Position numbers and translations under genes: made by a program. The notes under the pieces are model-generated. The model was not told the origin of the DNA and ran no database searches. It saw only the letters and a program-made list of their open reading frames with translations. Positions 13,850 to 22,313 of a DNA stretch of 32,000 nt are shown one piece after another. Location: the NCBI RefSeq assembly GCF_000981785.2, contig NZ_CP011304.1, positions 1,470,001-1,502,000 of the forward strand, in the 5' to 3' direction. The stretch's first letter is position 1. Each line of letters opens with the position of its first letter. The stretch is from Microcystis aeruginosa NIES-2549 (GTDB lineage: Bacteria > Cyanobacteriota > Cyanobacteriia > Cyanobacteriales > Microcystaceae).

Positions 13850-15286
13850 ATGTCTTCCATCACCACTATCACTACTGCTACTTCCTACACCACTGGTTTT
13901 AGTCTCGCTGTTGGTGACTATCTCTTCGTTCAGAATTTATTGGCTGCCAAGCCTTTTCTCGCTGTGTCTATGGTGCAGTCGACTGCTGTACCCGGACTTA
14001 ATCTCACTGCCATGGGCGGTGGCTTTTGGAGGTTACGCAACGGAACGACCAATGATGTTAACGGAACGCTTTCCGCGTACCGACAACCCTTTTCTTATGA
14101 GTTTCTTCTGCCAGCAGGTACTGATACCTATGTTTCAAGTCCTTATACGACCGCCACTCATATACTACAAATCGACACTACCAGAATCACAAAAGCCAAC
14201 AAGACCGGAACATTTTCGATAGGTCTCCCCAGTGGACTAGTCCTCAGCGATCACTATAGCATTTCAGGTGGCGGTGGAGACGATACCCTAACTGGTCGCA
14301 ATGGAAACGATACCCTAGATGGTGGGGATGGAAACGATGTCCTGTCGGGTCTCTCTAATGACGATAACCTGTTGGGTGCTCAAGGAGACGATAGCCTGTT
14401 CGGTGGCGATGGGAACGATAACCTAGACGGTGGCGATGGGAACGATAGCCTGGACGGTGGCAATGGGGACGATAGCCTGTTCGGTGGCGATGGGGACGAT
14501 ATCCTGGACGGTGGAGACGGAAACGATGCCCTGGACGGTGGCCAAGGAGGCGATACCTTCCAAATCACCTCAGGCAGCGACACAATTTCGGATCTTGGTA
14601 TCGGCCCCGATGTGTTGGTTGTTTCTGCCGGCGCAACGGTGACTGCAAGCTTGACGGCACCATGGACAGCGTCTTCATTGACTAGCAATAACGGCAATGC
14701 AACCATCAGTACGGGGGGTGTTTCCCTCGACCTAAGTGCAGCGGGCGGTTCATCGGGATGGACGGTCAACATTAGCATTAGTGGTGCCAATATCACTGGC
14801 TCCGCTAATGCAGACACCATCACTGGTGGGGGTGGAGGCGATGGCCTCACTGGTAACAATGGAAACGATAGCCTGGTTGGTGGGGGTGGAAACGATACCC
14901 TCACTGGTGGGGGTGGAAACGATACCCTCACTGGTGGTACTGGTACTGACCGTTTTATTTTCAATAGTCCTAGCGAAGGCATTGACACCATCACCGATTT
15001 TACCATCGCCGCCGGCAGCAATCAGGATTCCATCCGAGTTTCTGCCAGTGGTTTCGGTGGTGGACTGACTGGCTCTGCCGGAGGAACTGTTTTGCCTACT
15101 GCACAATTTCTCTCCGGTTCGGGAGCTACTAGCGCTGCTACTGCAGCTCAGAGATTCATCTATAACACCAATAATGGTGGTTTATGGTTTGACGTCGATG
15201 GTGTTGGTGGCACTGCTTCGGTTCAAATCGCAACCCTTACCGGTTCGCCGGCCCTAACTGCAGCCAGGATTACGGTTATTGCCTAA
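13850..15286 (+). CDS. RTX-type (hemolysin-type calcium-binding repeat) secreted protein
   Basis: There are two blocks of GGxGxDxL/F nonapeptides, e.g. GGGGDDTLTGRNGNDTLDGGDGNDVLSG...GGDGNDNLDGGDGNDSLDGGNGDDSLFGGDGDDILDGGDGNDALDGGQGGDTF, and later GGGGGDGLTGNNGNDSLVGGGGNDTLTGGGGNDTLTGGTGTDRFIF. The C-terminal segment RFIYNTNNGGLWFDVDGVGG...IATLTG is typical of cyanobacterial RTX-like proteins. Confidence 0.85.
   Translation: MSSITTITTATSYTTGFSLAVGDYLFVQNLLAAKPFLAVSMVQSTAVPGLNLTAMGGGFWRLRNGTTNDVNGTLSAYRQPFSYEFLLPAGTDTYVSSPYTTATHILQIDTTRITKANKTGTFSIGLPSGLVLSDHYSISGGGGDDTLTGRNGNDTLDGGDGNDVLSGLSNDDNLLGAQGDDSLFGGDGNDNLDGGDGNDSLDGGNGDDSLFGGDGDDILDGGDGNDALDGGQGGDTFQITSGSDTISDLGIGPDVLVVSAGATVTASLTAPWTASSLTSNNGNATISTGGVSLDLSAAGGSSGWTVNISISGANITGSANADTITGGGGGDGLTGNNGNDSLVGGGGNDTLTGGGGNDTLTGGTGTDRFIFNSPSEGIDTITDFTIAAGSNQDSIRVSASGFGGGLTGSAGGTVLPTAQFLSGSGATSAATAAQRFIYNTNNGGLWFDVDGVGGTASVQIATLTGSPALTAARITVIA
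14402..14563 (+). repeat. Six in-frame 27-nt tandem units inside the RTX CDS (a second, perfect 2x27-nt duplication lies at 14879-14932)
   Basis: Units start at 14402, 14429, 14456, 14483, 14510 and 14537 (GGTGGCGATGGGAACGATA(A/G)CCT(A/G)GAC and variants). GGTGGGGGTGGAAACGATACCCTCACT is repeated exactly at 14879-14905 and 14906-14932. Confidence 0.9.
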
Positions 15287-15450
15287 TCTATCCCTGTCCA
15301 TCCCCTGCGGTGGGTTGGGCAGTTGTGTATTTTTGGTGTAAAATCAGGCCACTGGAAATAATCTCTGCGGGTGTGTTAGCTAGGGCTAGGATACCCTTAT
15401 TATCTGGGAAGTGGGCAGTGGGGGAGATTCAGCGGCTCTCTCACTCTTTG

Positions 15451-15565
15451 TGTGATACTAAATCCCTTGAGTATAGGCTACATATCAGGACAGGCAAAAG
15501 GCAGGAGGCAATAGGCAAAAGCGGAAATAAATAATCAGTCTTTAATAACTGGATTTAGTGTGATA
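15451..15565. mobile_element. MITE-like 101-bp insertion: 8-bp terminal inverted repeats flanked by a 7-bp direct duplication
   Basis: TGTGATA (15451-15457) | CTAAATCC (15458-15465) ... GGATTTAG (15551-15558) | TGTGATA (15559-15565). The interior carries the purine-rich core CAGGCAAAAGGCAGGAGGCAATAGGCAAAAGCGG (15491-15524). There is no ORF. Confidence 0.45.
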
Positions 15566-15679
15566 AGTTTAACTTGTATAAGAGCGATCAATCTTTGTGT
15601 TCTCTGTGTCTCTGTGGTTTCTTCCACCAATCTTAAGGATAGACGGTTAAAATGGGTCTGAGCTTGAGAGTCATTGGGA

Positions 15680-17932
15680 TTAGTTTTGTGTAGTGATTAA
15701 CTGACGGTGATAATCGCCCCATAACCGGGCTGCCTGTTGACTACTGCCGGAAGTGGGAGAATTATTATCATTCCCTAACCAAATACCTGTCACCCAGTCG
15801 CGACGGGGAAGATAACCGATAAACCAGAGATCCACATAATTATTAGTAGTTCCCGTTTTACCCGCTTCTCCCATGCCAATACTAGCAGCGCCTCCCGTAC
15901 CATTAGTTATCACCCCCCGCAATAAGCTATTCATCGTCTCGGCGGTTTTAGGGGAGATTACCTGCTGATTTCTCTCGTTATCCTCGCCATAGTCATAAAT
16001 AACCCGACAGGTACTCAAATCCTCCAGATTTTCACAGTCGGAAGCGTCGAGAATGCGTTTAATGGCGTGGGGACGATTCCAGCGCCCACCGTGGTCAAAA
16101 ACCCCATAAGCGCCAGTCATTTCCAAGACATTTACCTCGCTTTGCCCTAAAATTAGCCCCGGTACAGGATTTAAAGGTGATTTCACCCCCAAACGTTCCG
16201 CTACATTGACCACATTGCTTAATCCTGCCTCGCGAGCAATGCGAAGGGCGACGCTATTTTCCGATTGCGCTAAACCTTGAAACATATTGACCCCCCCGCT
16301 GCTGCGTTCACAGGGAGAATAGGCCTGTCCTTGCCAAGAAAGTCCCGCGCAGGTATAGGTTTTATAGGGCGATATTCCCTTTTCTAGGGCGGCAACATAA
16401 GCAAATACCTTAAAAGTGGAACCGGGTTGACGTTTAGCTTGGATAGCGCGGTTAAATTGGCTTTTTTGATAGTCAACTCCCCCGACTAAAGCGAGAATTT
16501 CCCCGGTTTGACTGTTTAGGGTAACTAAAGCTCCTTGGGAGTATCGATAGCGGGGTCCTTGGTTTAAGACATTATTTTTTAAGCTTTTTTCTGCGATCGC
16601 TTGCAGCCGGCGGTCTAAACTGGTTTCAACGATAAAATTGCCTTCTTTCGCCACTTCTTCCCCTAAAAGGTCCTGTAATTCCTCGAAAACGTAACTATAA
16701 AAATATGGTGCAATCGTACTGGATAGGGATTTTTTGGCTTGGGGACTGATTTCAATGCGGGATCTGCGGGCGCTGGCCGCCGCTTCTGGGGAAATCATGC
16801 CTAATTGGGCCATGCGATCGATGACACGATTACGATATTGTACGGAAGTGTCGTAATCTTGAATGGGATTAAATAAATTCGGGGCGGGTAACATAGCCAC
16901 AAGGGTGGCAGCCTCCGAGATATCTAAATCTCTAGCGGATTTATCGAAATAAAAGCGGGCCGCATCTTCAAAACCGTAACCGGCCAAACCGAGATAAACT
17001 CGATTGAGATAGGTTTTGAGAATTTCATCCTTACTATACACCGCTTCTAATTGTAGGGCGACCACAGCCTCCCGGAGTTTGCGATCGGCAGTATTTTGGC
17101 GACCGACTTCGGGGAATAAACTACGCGCTAACTGTTGAGTTAGGGTACTGGCCCCTTGACGAATGCCTTGACCTTGCCAATTAATCATAACAGCCCGGAC
17201 AATCCCCAAAGGATCGATGCCAAAATGCCAGTAAAACCGACTATCTTCGGAAGCGACAACCGCCTTGGGCAAATAGGGAGAAAAATCGCCCAGATTATCT
17301 AATTCTCGGTGAGTTTCCTGTCGAATGGGATTGAGGGGAGTTTGACCATCCCTAGCATAAACCACCACCGGACCGCTCACCCCGGAAGGGAGTGGATAAA
17401 CATTAACTCTACGACTTTCCCAGATAATCCCTAGAACTAATAAACCGAAAATACCACCCGCACCATAGAAACCATAGCGCAAAAGTCGCGCCCACAGGGG
17501 AGGGGGACAATAATAGGAGATGGTGACACAATTGGCTAAGTCTGGGGGGGCCAGAGTAAAAGTATCACCATGACGCAGGGAAACGCTTTTCAGACGACGT
17601 TTACCCATATAAACCCCGTTAGTGGAGTTTTCATCTGTGAGCAGGAAATTATGGGGATTTTTCGGGTCACGCTGTAGGGAACAATGAATCTGACTGACCA
17701 CGCTATTACGGATAGTAATATCACAGGAACTGGAACTACGACCTAACAAATAGCGATCGCCAATGAGGGGATATTTGCTTTCCCCGGTGCCATTCTCGTT
17801 TTTAAGGCGTAATTCAGGAACTCTCGCCCCTTTTTTGAGATTTACCGCCTGAAAATTCACCTTTCCTTGCAATTTCTGCACTGCAACGGTGACAAGTTGA
17901 CTAATTTGGGTTTTCGGCGACTGGTTAGACAT
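15680..17932 (-). CDS. Class A penicillin-binding protein (glycosyltransferase GT51 + transpeptidase) with an N-terminal cytoplasmic FHA domain
   Basis: The FHA domain (about nt 17558-17770) reads YLLGRSSSSCDITIRNSVVSQIHCSL...NSTNGVYMGKRRL...GDTFTL. The TM helix is GGIFGLLVLGIIW. GT51 motifs are ASEDSRFYWHFGIDP and GASTLTQQLAR. Transpeptidase motifs are GSTFK, SENS and KTGTT. Confidence 0.9.
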   Translation of the reverse strand: MSNQSPKTQISQLVTVAVQKLQGKVNFQAVNLKKGARVPELRLKNENGTGESKYPLIGDRYLLGRSSSSCDITIRNSVVSQIHCSLQRDPKNPHNFLLTDENSTNGVYMGKRRLKSVSLRHGDTFTLAPPDLANCVTISYYCPPPLWARLLRYGFYGAGGIFGLLVLGIIWESRRVNVYPLPSGVSGPVVVYARDGQTPLNPIRQETHRELDNLGDFSPYLPKAVVASEDSRFYWHFGIDPLGIVRAVMINWQGQGIRQGASTLTQQLARSLFPEVGRQNTADRKLREAVVALQLEAVYSKDEILKTYLNRVYLGLAGYGFEDAARFYFDKSARDLDISEAATLVAMLPAPNLFNPIQDYDTSVQYRNRVIDRMAQLGMISPEAAASARRSRIEISPQAKKSLSSTIAPYFYSYVFEELQDLLGEEVAKEGNFIVETSLDRRLQAIAEKSLKNNVLNQGPRYRYSQGALVTLNSQTGEILALVGGVDYQKSQFNRAIQAKRQPGSTFKVFAYVAALEKGISPYKTYTCAGLSWQGQAYSPCERSSGGVNMFQGLAQSENSVALRIAREAGLSNVVNVAERLGVKSPLNPVPGLILGQSEVNVLEMTGAYGVFDHGGRWNRPHAIKRILDASDCENLEDLSTCRVIYDYGEDNERNQQVISPKTAETMNSLLRGVITNGTGGAASIGMGEAGKTGTTNNYVDLWFIGYLPRRDWVTGIWLGNDNNSPTSGSSQQAARLWGDYHRQLITTQN

Positions 17933-17938
17933 AGTTTT

Positions 17939-18000
17939 TATCAGTTATCAGCTTCTGGAGGCAAGAGGCAAGAGGCAATAGGCAAGTGGGGAAGTGGGGA
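17939..18000. repeat. Heptamer motif plus purine-rich GGCAAGAGGCAA-type repeat (ilvN-PBP spacer)
   Basis: TATCAGTTATCAG (17939-17951) is followed by GGAGGCAAGAGGCAAGAGGCAATAGGCAAGTGGGGAAGTGGGGA (17958-18000). The same core family occurs at 15491-15524 and 24786-24817. Confidence 0.7.
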
Positions 18001-18051
18001 ATTTCAACTAAAATCCCAACACCCTAAAACCCCAATTCATCCCCAATATCC

Positions 18052-18576
18052 CTAAATTGACATTTTAGCCTCTAAAGCTTTCAGGTATTCCGTATTGACT
18101 CCCGACTCGCGAATCAGAGCAATTTTACCGGTACGCGCCACCTCGCGAATGCCAAATTTATTCAGCATTTGCATAATCGCCACCATTTTACCCGGATCCC
18201 CCACCACTTCGATGGTCAGGGTTTCCTCAGAAATATCCACAATCCGGGCCCGGAATACCTGCGCTAATTCGATCACTTCGGCCCGGCGCTCGGCGGTAGC
18301 ATTAACTTTAATCAGCATTAATTCCCTTTCCACACAAGGGGTTTGGGTGATATCCTGCACCTTGAGGACGTTAATTAATTTGTAAAGTTGTTTGGTTAAC
18401 TGTTCGATGCTGTTCTCGTCCCCCGGTACTACCATCGTAATCCGAGAAACTCCCATTTGTTCGGCAGGACCGACGGCTAGACTTTCAATATTAAAGCCGC
18501 GACGGGCGAATAATCCAGCAATACGGGTTAAAACTCCCGCTTCATCTTCAACTAATACGGATAATGTGTGTTTCAT
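18052..18576 (-). CDS. ilvN: Acetolactate synthase (AHAS) small regulatory subunit
   Basis: The N-terminal ACT domain reads [39 protein letters not shown]. The C-terminal ALS small-subunit domain and the 174-aa length are typical of the IlvH/IlvN type. Confidence 0.93.
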   Translation of the reverse strand: MKHTLSVLVEDEAGVLTRIAGLFARRGFNIESLAVGPAEQMGVSRITMVVPGDENSIEQLTKQLYKLINVLKVQDITQTPCVERELMLIKVNATAERRAEVIELAQVFRARIVDISEETLTIEVVGDPGKMVAIMQMLNKFGIREVARTGKIALIRESGVNTEYLKALEAKMSI

Positions 18577-18772
18577 GGCGATTTATCTACACAACCTATA
18601 TTTAACCATTGTAAGACAGGAGGCAAGGCCAGAACAGCTTGTCTTCACCTCACGACGACAAGAAATTTTAACGAAGGCAGGCGGCCGTTTTTGTAACGGG
18701 GATTTATGCCGCGCTCCAAAAACTTTTCGCCTTAAAAGGCGAGGTTTTAGACCCGATTTTTTCGATAATTAA

Positions 18773-20392
18773 TTATCGGGATTTTTTGGCAATTGTCCAG
18801 AAGGGAAAAGTTTGACTGGGATTGATGATAACTCCCGTGATGCCATGGCGAGCAAAAGCATATTCTTTGGTTTGCCAAAGGGGAATATAGGGAACTTCAT
18901 CGGCGAGAATTTCTTGAATTTTGCCAAAGATTTGCTTTCTTTTGGCTGGGTTACTTTCCTGACGGGATTGGGCGATTAATTGATTCATTTCTTGACTATA
19001 AAAAAATGAGCCTTGACTTTGTGATCCTCCTTCTTCGCAGCCAGTTTCTGGAGAACCTTTAGCACAATCTAAAAAGGGATAAATATAGTTATCTGCATCC
19101 AAAAAATCGGGATACCAATTAGATAGAGCAGTGGTATAAAGTCCCCGGCTAATATTACGGAAAAAGGCCGCCCCTAGGATACTATTAGGTTCAAATTGAA
19201 TCATATTATCTAAATCCCGTTTTGCTAGGGCTTTCATCACTGCCGCCACGCTGCTGGAAGTGATCGATCCCGAGGAATGCCAAACTTCTACAATTGCGGG
19301 GTTTTCTGGACTATAACCGGCGGTTTTTAGTAATTGTTTGGCTTGCTCTATGTTATGATTGCCATAGCGCTCTTTAAACACCGGTTGTGACTCGGAAAAA
19401 GTAGTAGGAATAAGACTAAAAAGAGGGATGCCTTGACCTTGTAAAATGCGATCATTTAGTAAATCTCGATCGACTAGAGAAGCAATTGCTTGTCGCACTA
19501 AAATATTATTGGTGGGTTCACTTTTGAGATTGACGCTCATAAAGTTAATTGCTGCCCCAGAAGATTCGATGGCTTGCCATTTTCCCTGGGCTGCTTCTGT
19601 GCGTAATTTTCTCACTTGAGGAGCCAGTAAAGATTGATAGGCAATATCCACCGCACCCGTCTGAAAACCGTTAAATAAATTGGCAGGATTAGAGAGATAA
19701 ATTTGCACATTAACTCCCTTATTTTTGGCTGGTTCTCCCCAATAGCGCTCGAAGGCTTCTAAACTAAAAGAATCGCTAGTAACTGCTTTTAAGCGATAAT
19801 GTCCTGTGCCGATAAATTCTTCGGGTTTAAATTTACCCTCGCCAATTTGATAAAATTTGGGTGAAACCGCACAGGCTCCGGGATAAGCTAAAAGAGCGGG
19901 AAAAGCGGCAAAAGGTCTGGTTAGTTTAATAGTAATTTCGTCTTCTTTAGTAGCGGTGATTTTATCAATTGTATCCCGGAGAAGAAAGGAAGGTTCCCCA
20001 CCATTTTTGATAAATCTTTCTAGGGAAAACTTCATCGCCTCCGCGTTAAAAACCGTGCCATCATGAAAAATAACTCCTCGACGTACTGGGATAGTATAAG
20101 TCAAACCATCGGGGCTAATTTGCGGTAATTCCGTGGCAAGGAGAGGCTTTAAATTAGTGGTTCCTTCGGCGTAGGTGTAAAGAGTTTCACCGAGATTATA
20201 AATAATAAAAAGTCCCGCTAACTCATAACTATCAGCAGGATCGATCGAGCGTGGTTTTAGGGTTGTCCCAATCATCAGGCGATCCCTATCCCCCTGGGGT
20301 AAATTGGAATTAGTGGACTGACAGCCCACAGTCAGAAGAAGACAGAGGCAAAATAAACTTAAATAGCGGTAAAGTTGGCGTAAAGATCTCAT
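18773..20392 (-). CDS. ABC-transporter substrate-binding lipoprotein, family 5 (peptide/nickel type)
   Basis: The signal peptide carries the lipobox LLLTVGC. The 539-aa length and motifs such as IGTTLKPRSIDPADSY, FHDGTVFNAEA.KFSLER and WYPDFLDADNYIYPF are typical of SBP_bac_5 proteins. No permease or ATPase genes are adjacent. Confidence 0.85.
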   Translation of the reverse strand: MRSLRQLYRYLSLFCLCLLLTVGCQSTNSNLPQGDRDRLMIGTTLKPRSIDPADSYELAGLFIIYNLGETLYTYAEGTTNLKPLLATELPQISPDGLTYTIPVRRGVIFHDGTVFNAEAMKFSLERFIKNGGEPSFLLRDTIDKITATKEDEITIKLTRPFAAFPALLAYPGACAVSPKFYQIGEGKFKPEEFIGTGHYRLKAVTSDSFSLEAFERYWGEPAKNKGVNVQIYLSNPANLFNGFQTGAVDIAYQSLLAPQVRKLRTEAAQGKWQAIESSGAAINFMSVNLKSEPTNNILVRQAIASLVDRDLLNDRILQGQGIPLFSLIPTTFSESQPVFKERYGNHNIEQAKQLLKTAGYSPENPAIVEVWHSSGSITSSSVAAVMKALAKRDLDNMIQFEPNSILGAAFFRNISRGLYTTALSNWYPDFLDADNYIYPFLDCAKGSPETGCEEGGSQSQGSFFYSQEMNQLIAQSRQESNPAKRKQIFGKIQEILADEVPYIPLWQTKEYAFARHGITGVIINPSQTFPFWTIAKKSR

Positions 20393-20917
20393 CGATGGCG
20401 ATTAATGGCAGCTAGGTATCGATCGATCCTATCATTTTTGTGCATAATCTTTTCTTCTAGGTTCCCTGAAGGAAGTAGGTTAATTGCTTAATTGGTCGGG
20501 TAAAATTATTCAATAGCCGGACTGATTACCCCGACAATTAAATTAAATTTTCTGGTGGAGGATGGCAAAAACTTGATAAATTTAGCCAAGAAAAAGACCC
20601 AGGGCAGCAAAGGGGTTAAATGGTTCAGAATAGCTGGAGCTATGGAGGCAGATAAACAGGGAAATGGTCAAGATTTTTAAACCTAGAGCAGGTGACAGCA
20701 ACTGATTAGAAACTGATCTTATTTTATAAACCTCTTACATAATTAATTTTTCAGAGTTCAAAAACGGCAGAAATAAGGATTAAATGGCATAAAGTCTATA
20801 AATAGACCATTTAACTGATTATTATTCATTCTTAATTCTCCTGACTCCTGACTACTGGCTACTGACTCCCAACCCTAACAACAATTTTTGATTTTTACAA
20901 GAGGTCTTATCAGCCAT

Positions 20918-21457
20918 TTAGGTTAATCCTGTCCCCTCTAAACAAGCTCGATCGAAAATTGCCCCCGTGGTTACTGCCGAGGCTAAACTAGCACAAAGAA
21001 GATTGGCATCAGTAAAATTTGTTCCGCGTAAAATCGCCCCGAAAAAAATTGCTTCCTCTAAATCGGTGGCCGATAGATCTGCCCCGGACAGATTAGCGCT
21101 AGTAAAATCCGCTTGGGTTAAAATCGCCCCGACAAAACTCACTCCCCGGCCATCGACACCGCGAAAATCCGCCCCGGACAGATCTAGATGATTAAAAACC
21201 GCCCCGGCTAAAAAAGCACCGGCCAAACTTGCCCCAGTCACGATCGCATCGAGGAGAATTGCCCCGCGTAAATCGGCATTACGAAAATCTGCTCCCCTTA
21301 AATTTGCCCCTGTCAGGTCAGCACCGCGCAAATTTGCGCGTAAATTCGCCCCTGCTAGGTCTGCACCCGCTAAATCAGCCCCTGCCAAATTCATGCCCGC
21401 TAAATCTTTTATCTGACCCTGACGAATTGCTAATAAATCAATACTGGGAAAAGTCAT
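20918..21457 (-). CDS. Pentapeptide-repeat protein
   Basis: A(D/N)LxG-type pentads run nearly end to end: NLAGADLAGADLAGANLRANLRGADLTGANLRGADFRNADLRGA... Confidence 0.9.
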   Translation of the reverse strand: MTFPSIDLLAIRQGQIKDLAGMNLAGADLAGADLAGANLRANLRGADLTGANLRGADFRNADLRGAILLDAIVTGASLAGAFLAGAVFNHLDLSGADFRGVDGRGVSFVGAILTQADFTSANLSGADLSATDLEEAIFFGAILRGTNFTDANLLCASLASAVTTGAIFDRACLEGTGLT

Positions 21458-21526
21458 GTTCAGCCACGGTTAAATACTGTAAAAATATCTTAGAATATTC
21501 GTAAACCTTTGTTAAGAAAGCGCTCC

Positions 21527-22144
21527 ATGTCCCTAGAGCTATTATCCCTAGAAAATATTGAAGAAATCGCCCACCAATACGGATACTGGGCAGTATTTAT
21601 CGGCATCACCCTCGAAAATATGGGGATTCCCATCCCGGGAGAAACCATCACCATTGTCGGCGGCTTCCTTGCCGGTAGCGGTGATTTAAACTATTGGTTA
21701 GTTTTAGTCAGCGCAATTACAGGAGCAGTTTTAGGCGATAATTTTGGCTATTGGCTCGGTCGCGCTGGGGGTTGGCCGTTTTTGTTAAAAGTTGGCAAAT
21801 TCTTTCGGATTCCCCCCCAAAAACTAGAATTAGCCAAGGATCAATTTAGTAAAAATGCACCCCGGGCGGTCTTTTTCGGTCGCTTCGTCGCCCTGTTAAG
21901 AATCTTTGCAGGTCCCATGGCGGGAATTGCCCGAATGCCCTACGGTCGTTTTTTCCTCTGTAATCTGGGTGGAGCGACGGTGTGGGCGACGATTATGGTG
22001 ACATTATCTTTCTTTTTAGGCCGTTTGTTCCCCTTGCACCAGTTAGTTAGCTCTATGGCTCGTTTTGGTATCTTGGCTTTAATTATCGTCCTGGCCTGGA
22101 CAATTATCCACCCTATCCTTGAGTCACGGAAAACGGCGGTTTAA
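21527..22144 (+). CDS. DedA-family (SNARE-associated/VTT domain) membrane protein
   Basis: The ORF track start at 21509 is TTG; the first ATG at 21527 gives MSLELLSLENIEEIAHQYGYWAVFIGITLENMGIPIPGE... The motifs GDNFGYWLGR and FFGRFV..LR are characteristic of DedA proteins. Confidence 0.85.
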   Translation: MSLELLSLENIEEIAHQYGYWAVFIGITLENMGIPIPGETITIVGGFLAGSGDLNYWLVLVSAITGAVLGDNFGYWLGRAGGWPFLLKVGKFFRIPPQKLELAKDQFSKNAPRAVFFGRFVALLRIFAGPMAGIARMPYGRFFLCNLGGATVWATIMVTLSFFLGRLFPLHQLVSSMARFGILALIIVLAWTIIHPILESRKTAV

Positions 22145-22313
22145 GGCCATGACGGGGTGCTGGTGCATTTGTTGCGTCGGAATATCGATTTGTTGTGGCA
22201 GATTCCCCAACTACCTAGGGTTTGCTGAAAAAGTCCTAGGCTGGGGTCAGGAGTCGGTCGTCAGTAGCCGGTCGTCGGGAGGGGGTACAGAAGAACGGAT
22301 ATCTTTGCGTCTG

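Noticed and set aside
14380-15106. Long ORFs antisense to or out of frame with the RTX gene: 14380-15021 (-) Pro-rich 213 aa, 14430-14642 (+), 14736-15068 (+) and 14750-15106 (-).
   Set aside because: They are artefacts of the 27-nt periodic GGN-GAY repeat DNA, which stays open in several frames. Only the frame giving canonical GGxGxD nonapeptides and a sensible C-terminal domain is credible.
15310-15534. A 74-aa ORF (GTG start) in the RTX-PBP spacer.
   Set aside because: It has a non-ATG start and no SD, and it reads through the MITE-like element and the purine-rich repeat. It is most likely non-coding.
18392-18772. A 126-aa plus-strand ORF (also 17867-18055 and 18095-18385).
   Set aside because: These are antisense to ilvN or run through repeat-rich spacers. 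The translations are low-complexity, with no RBS.
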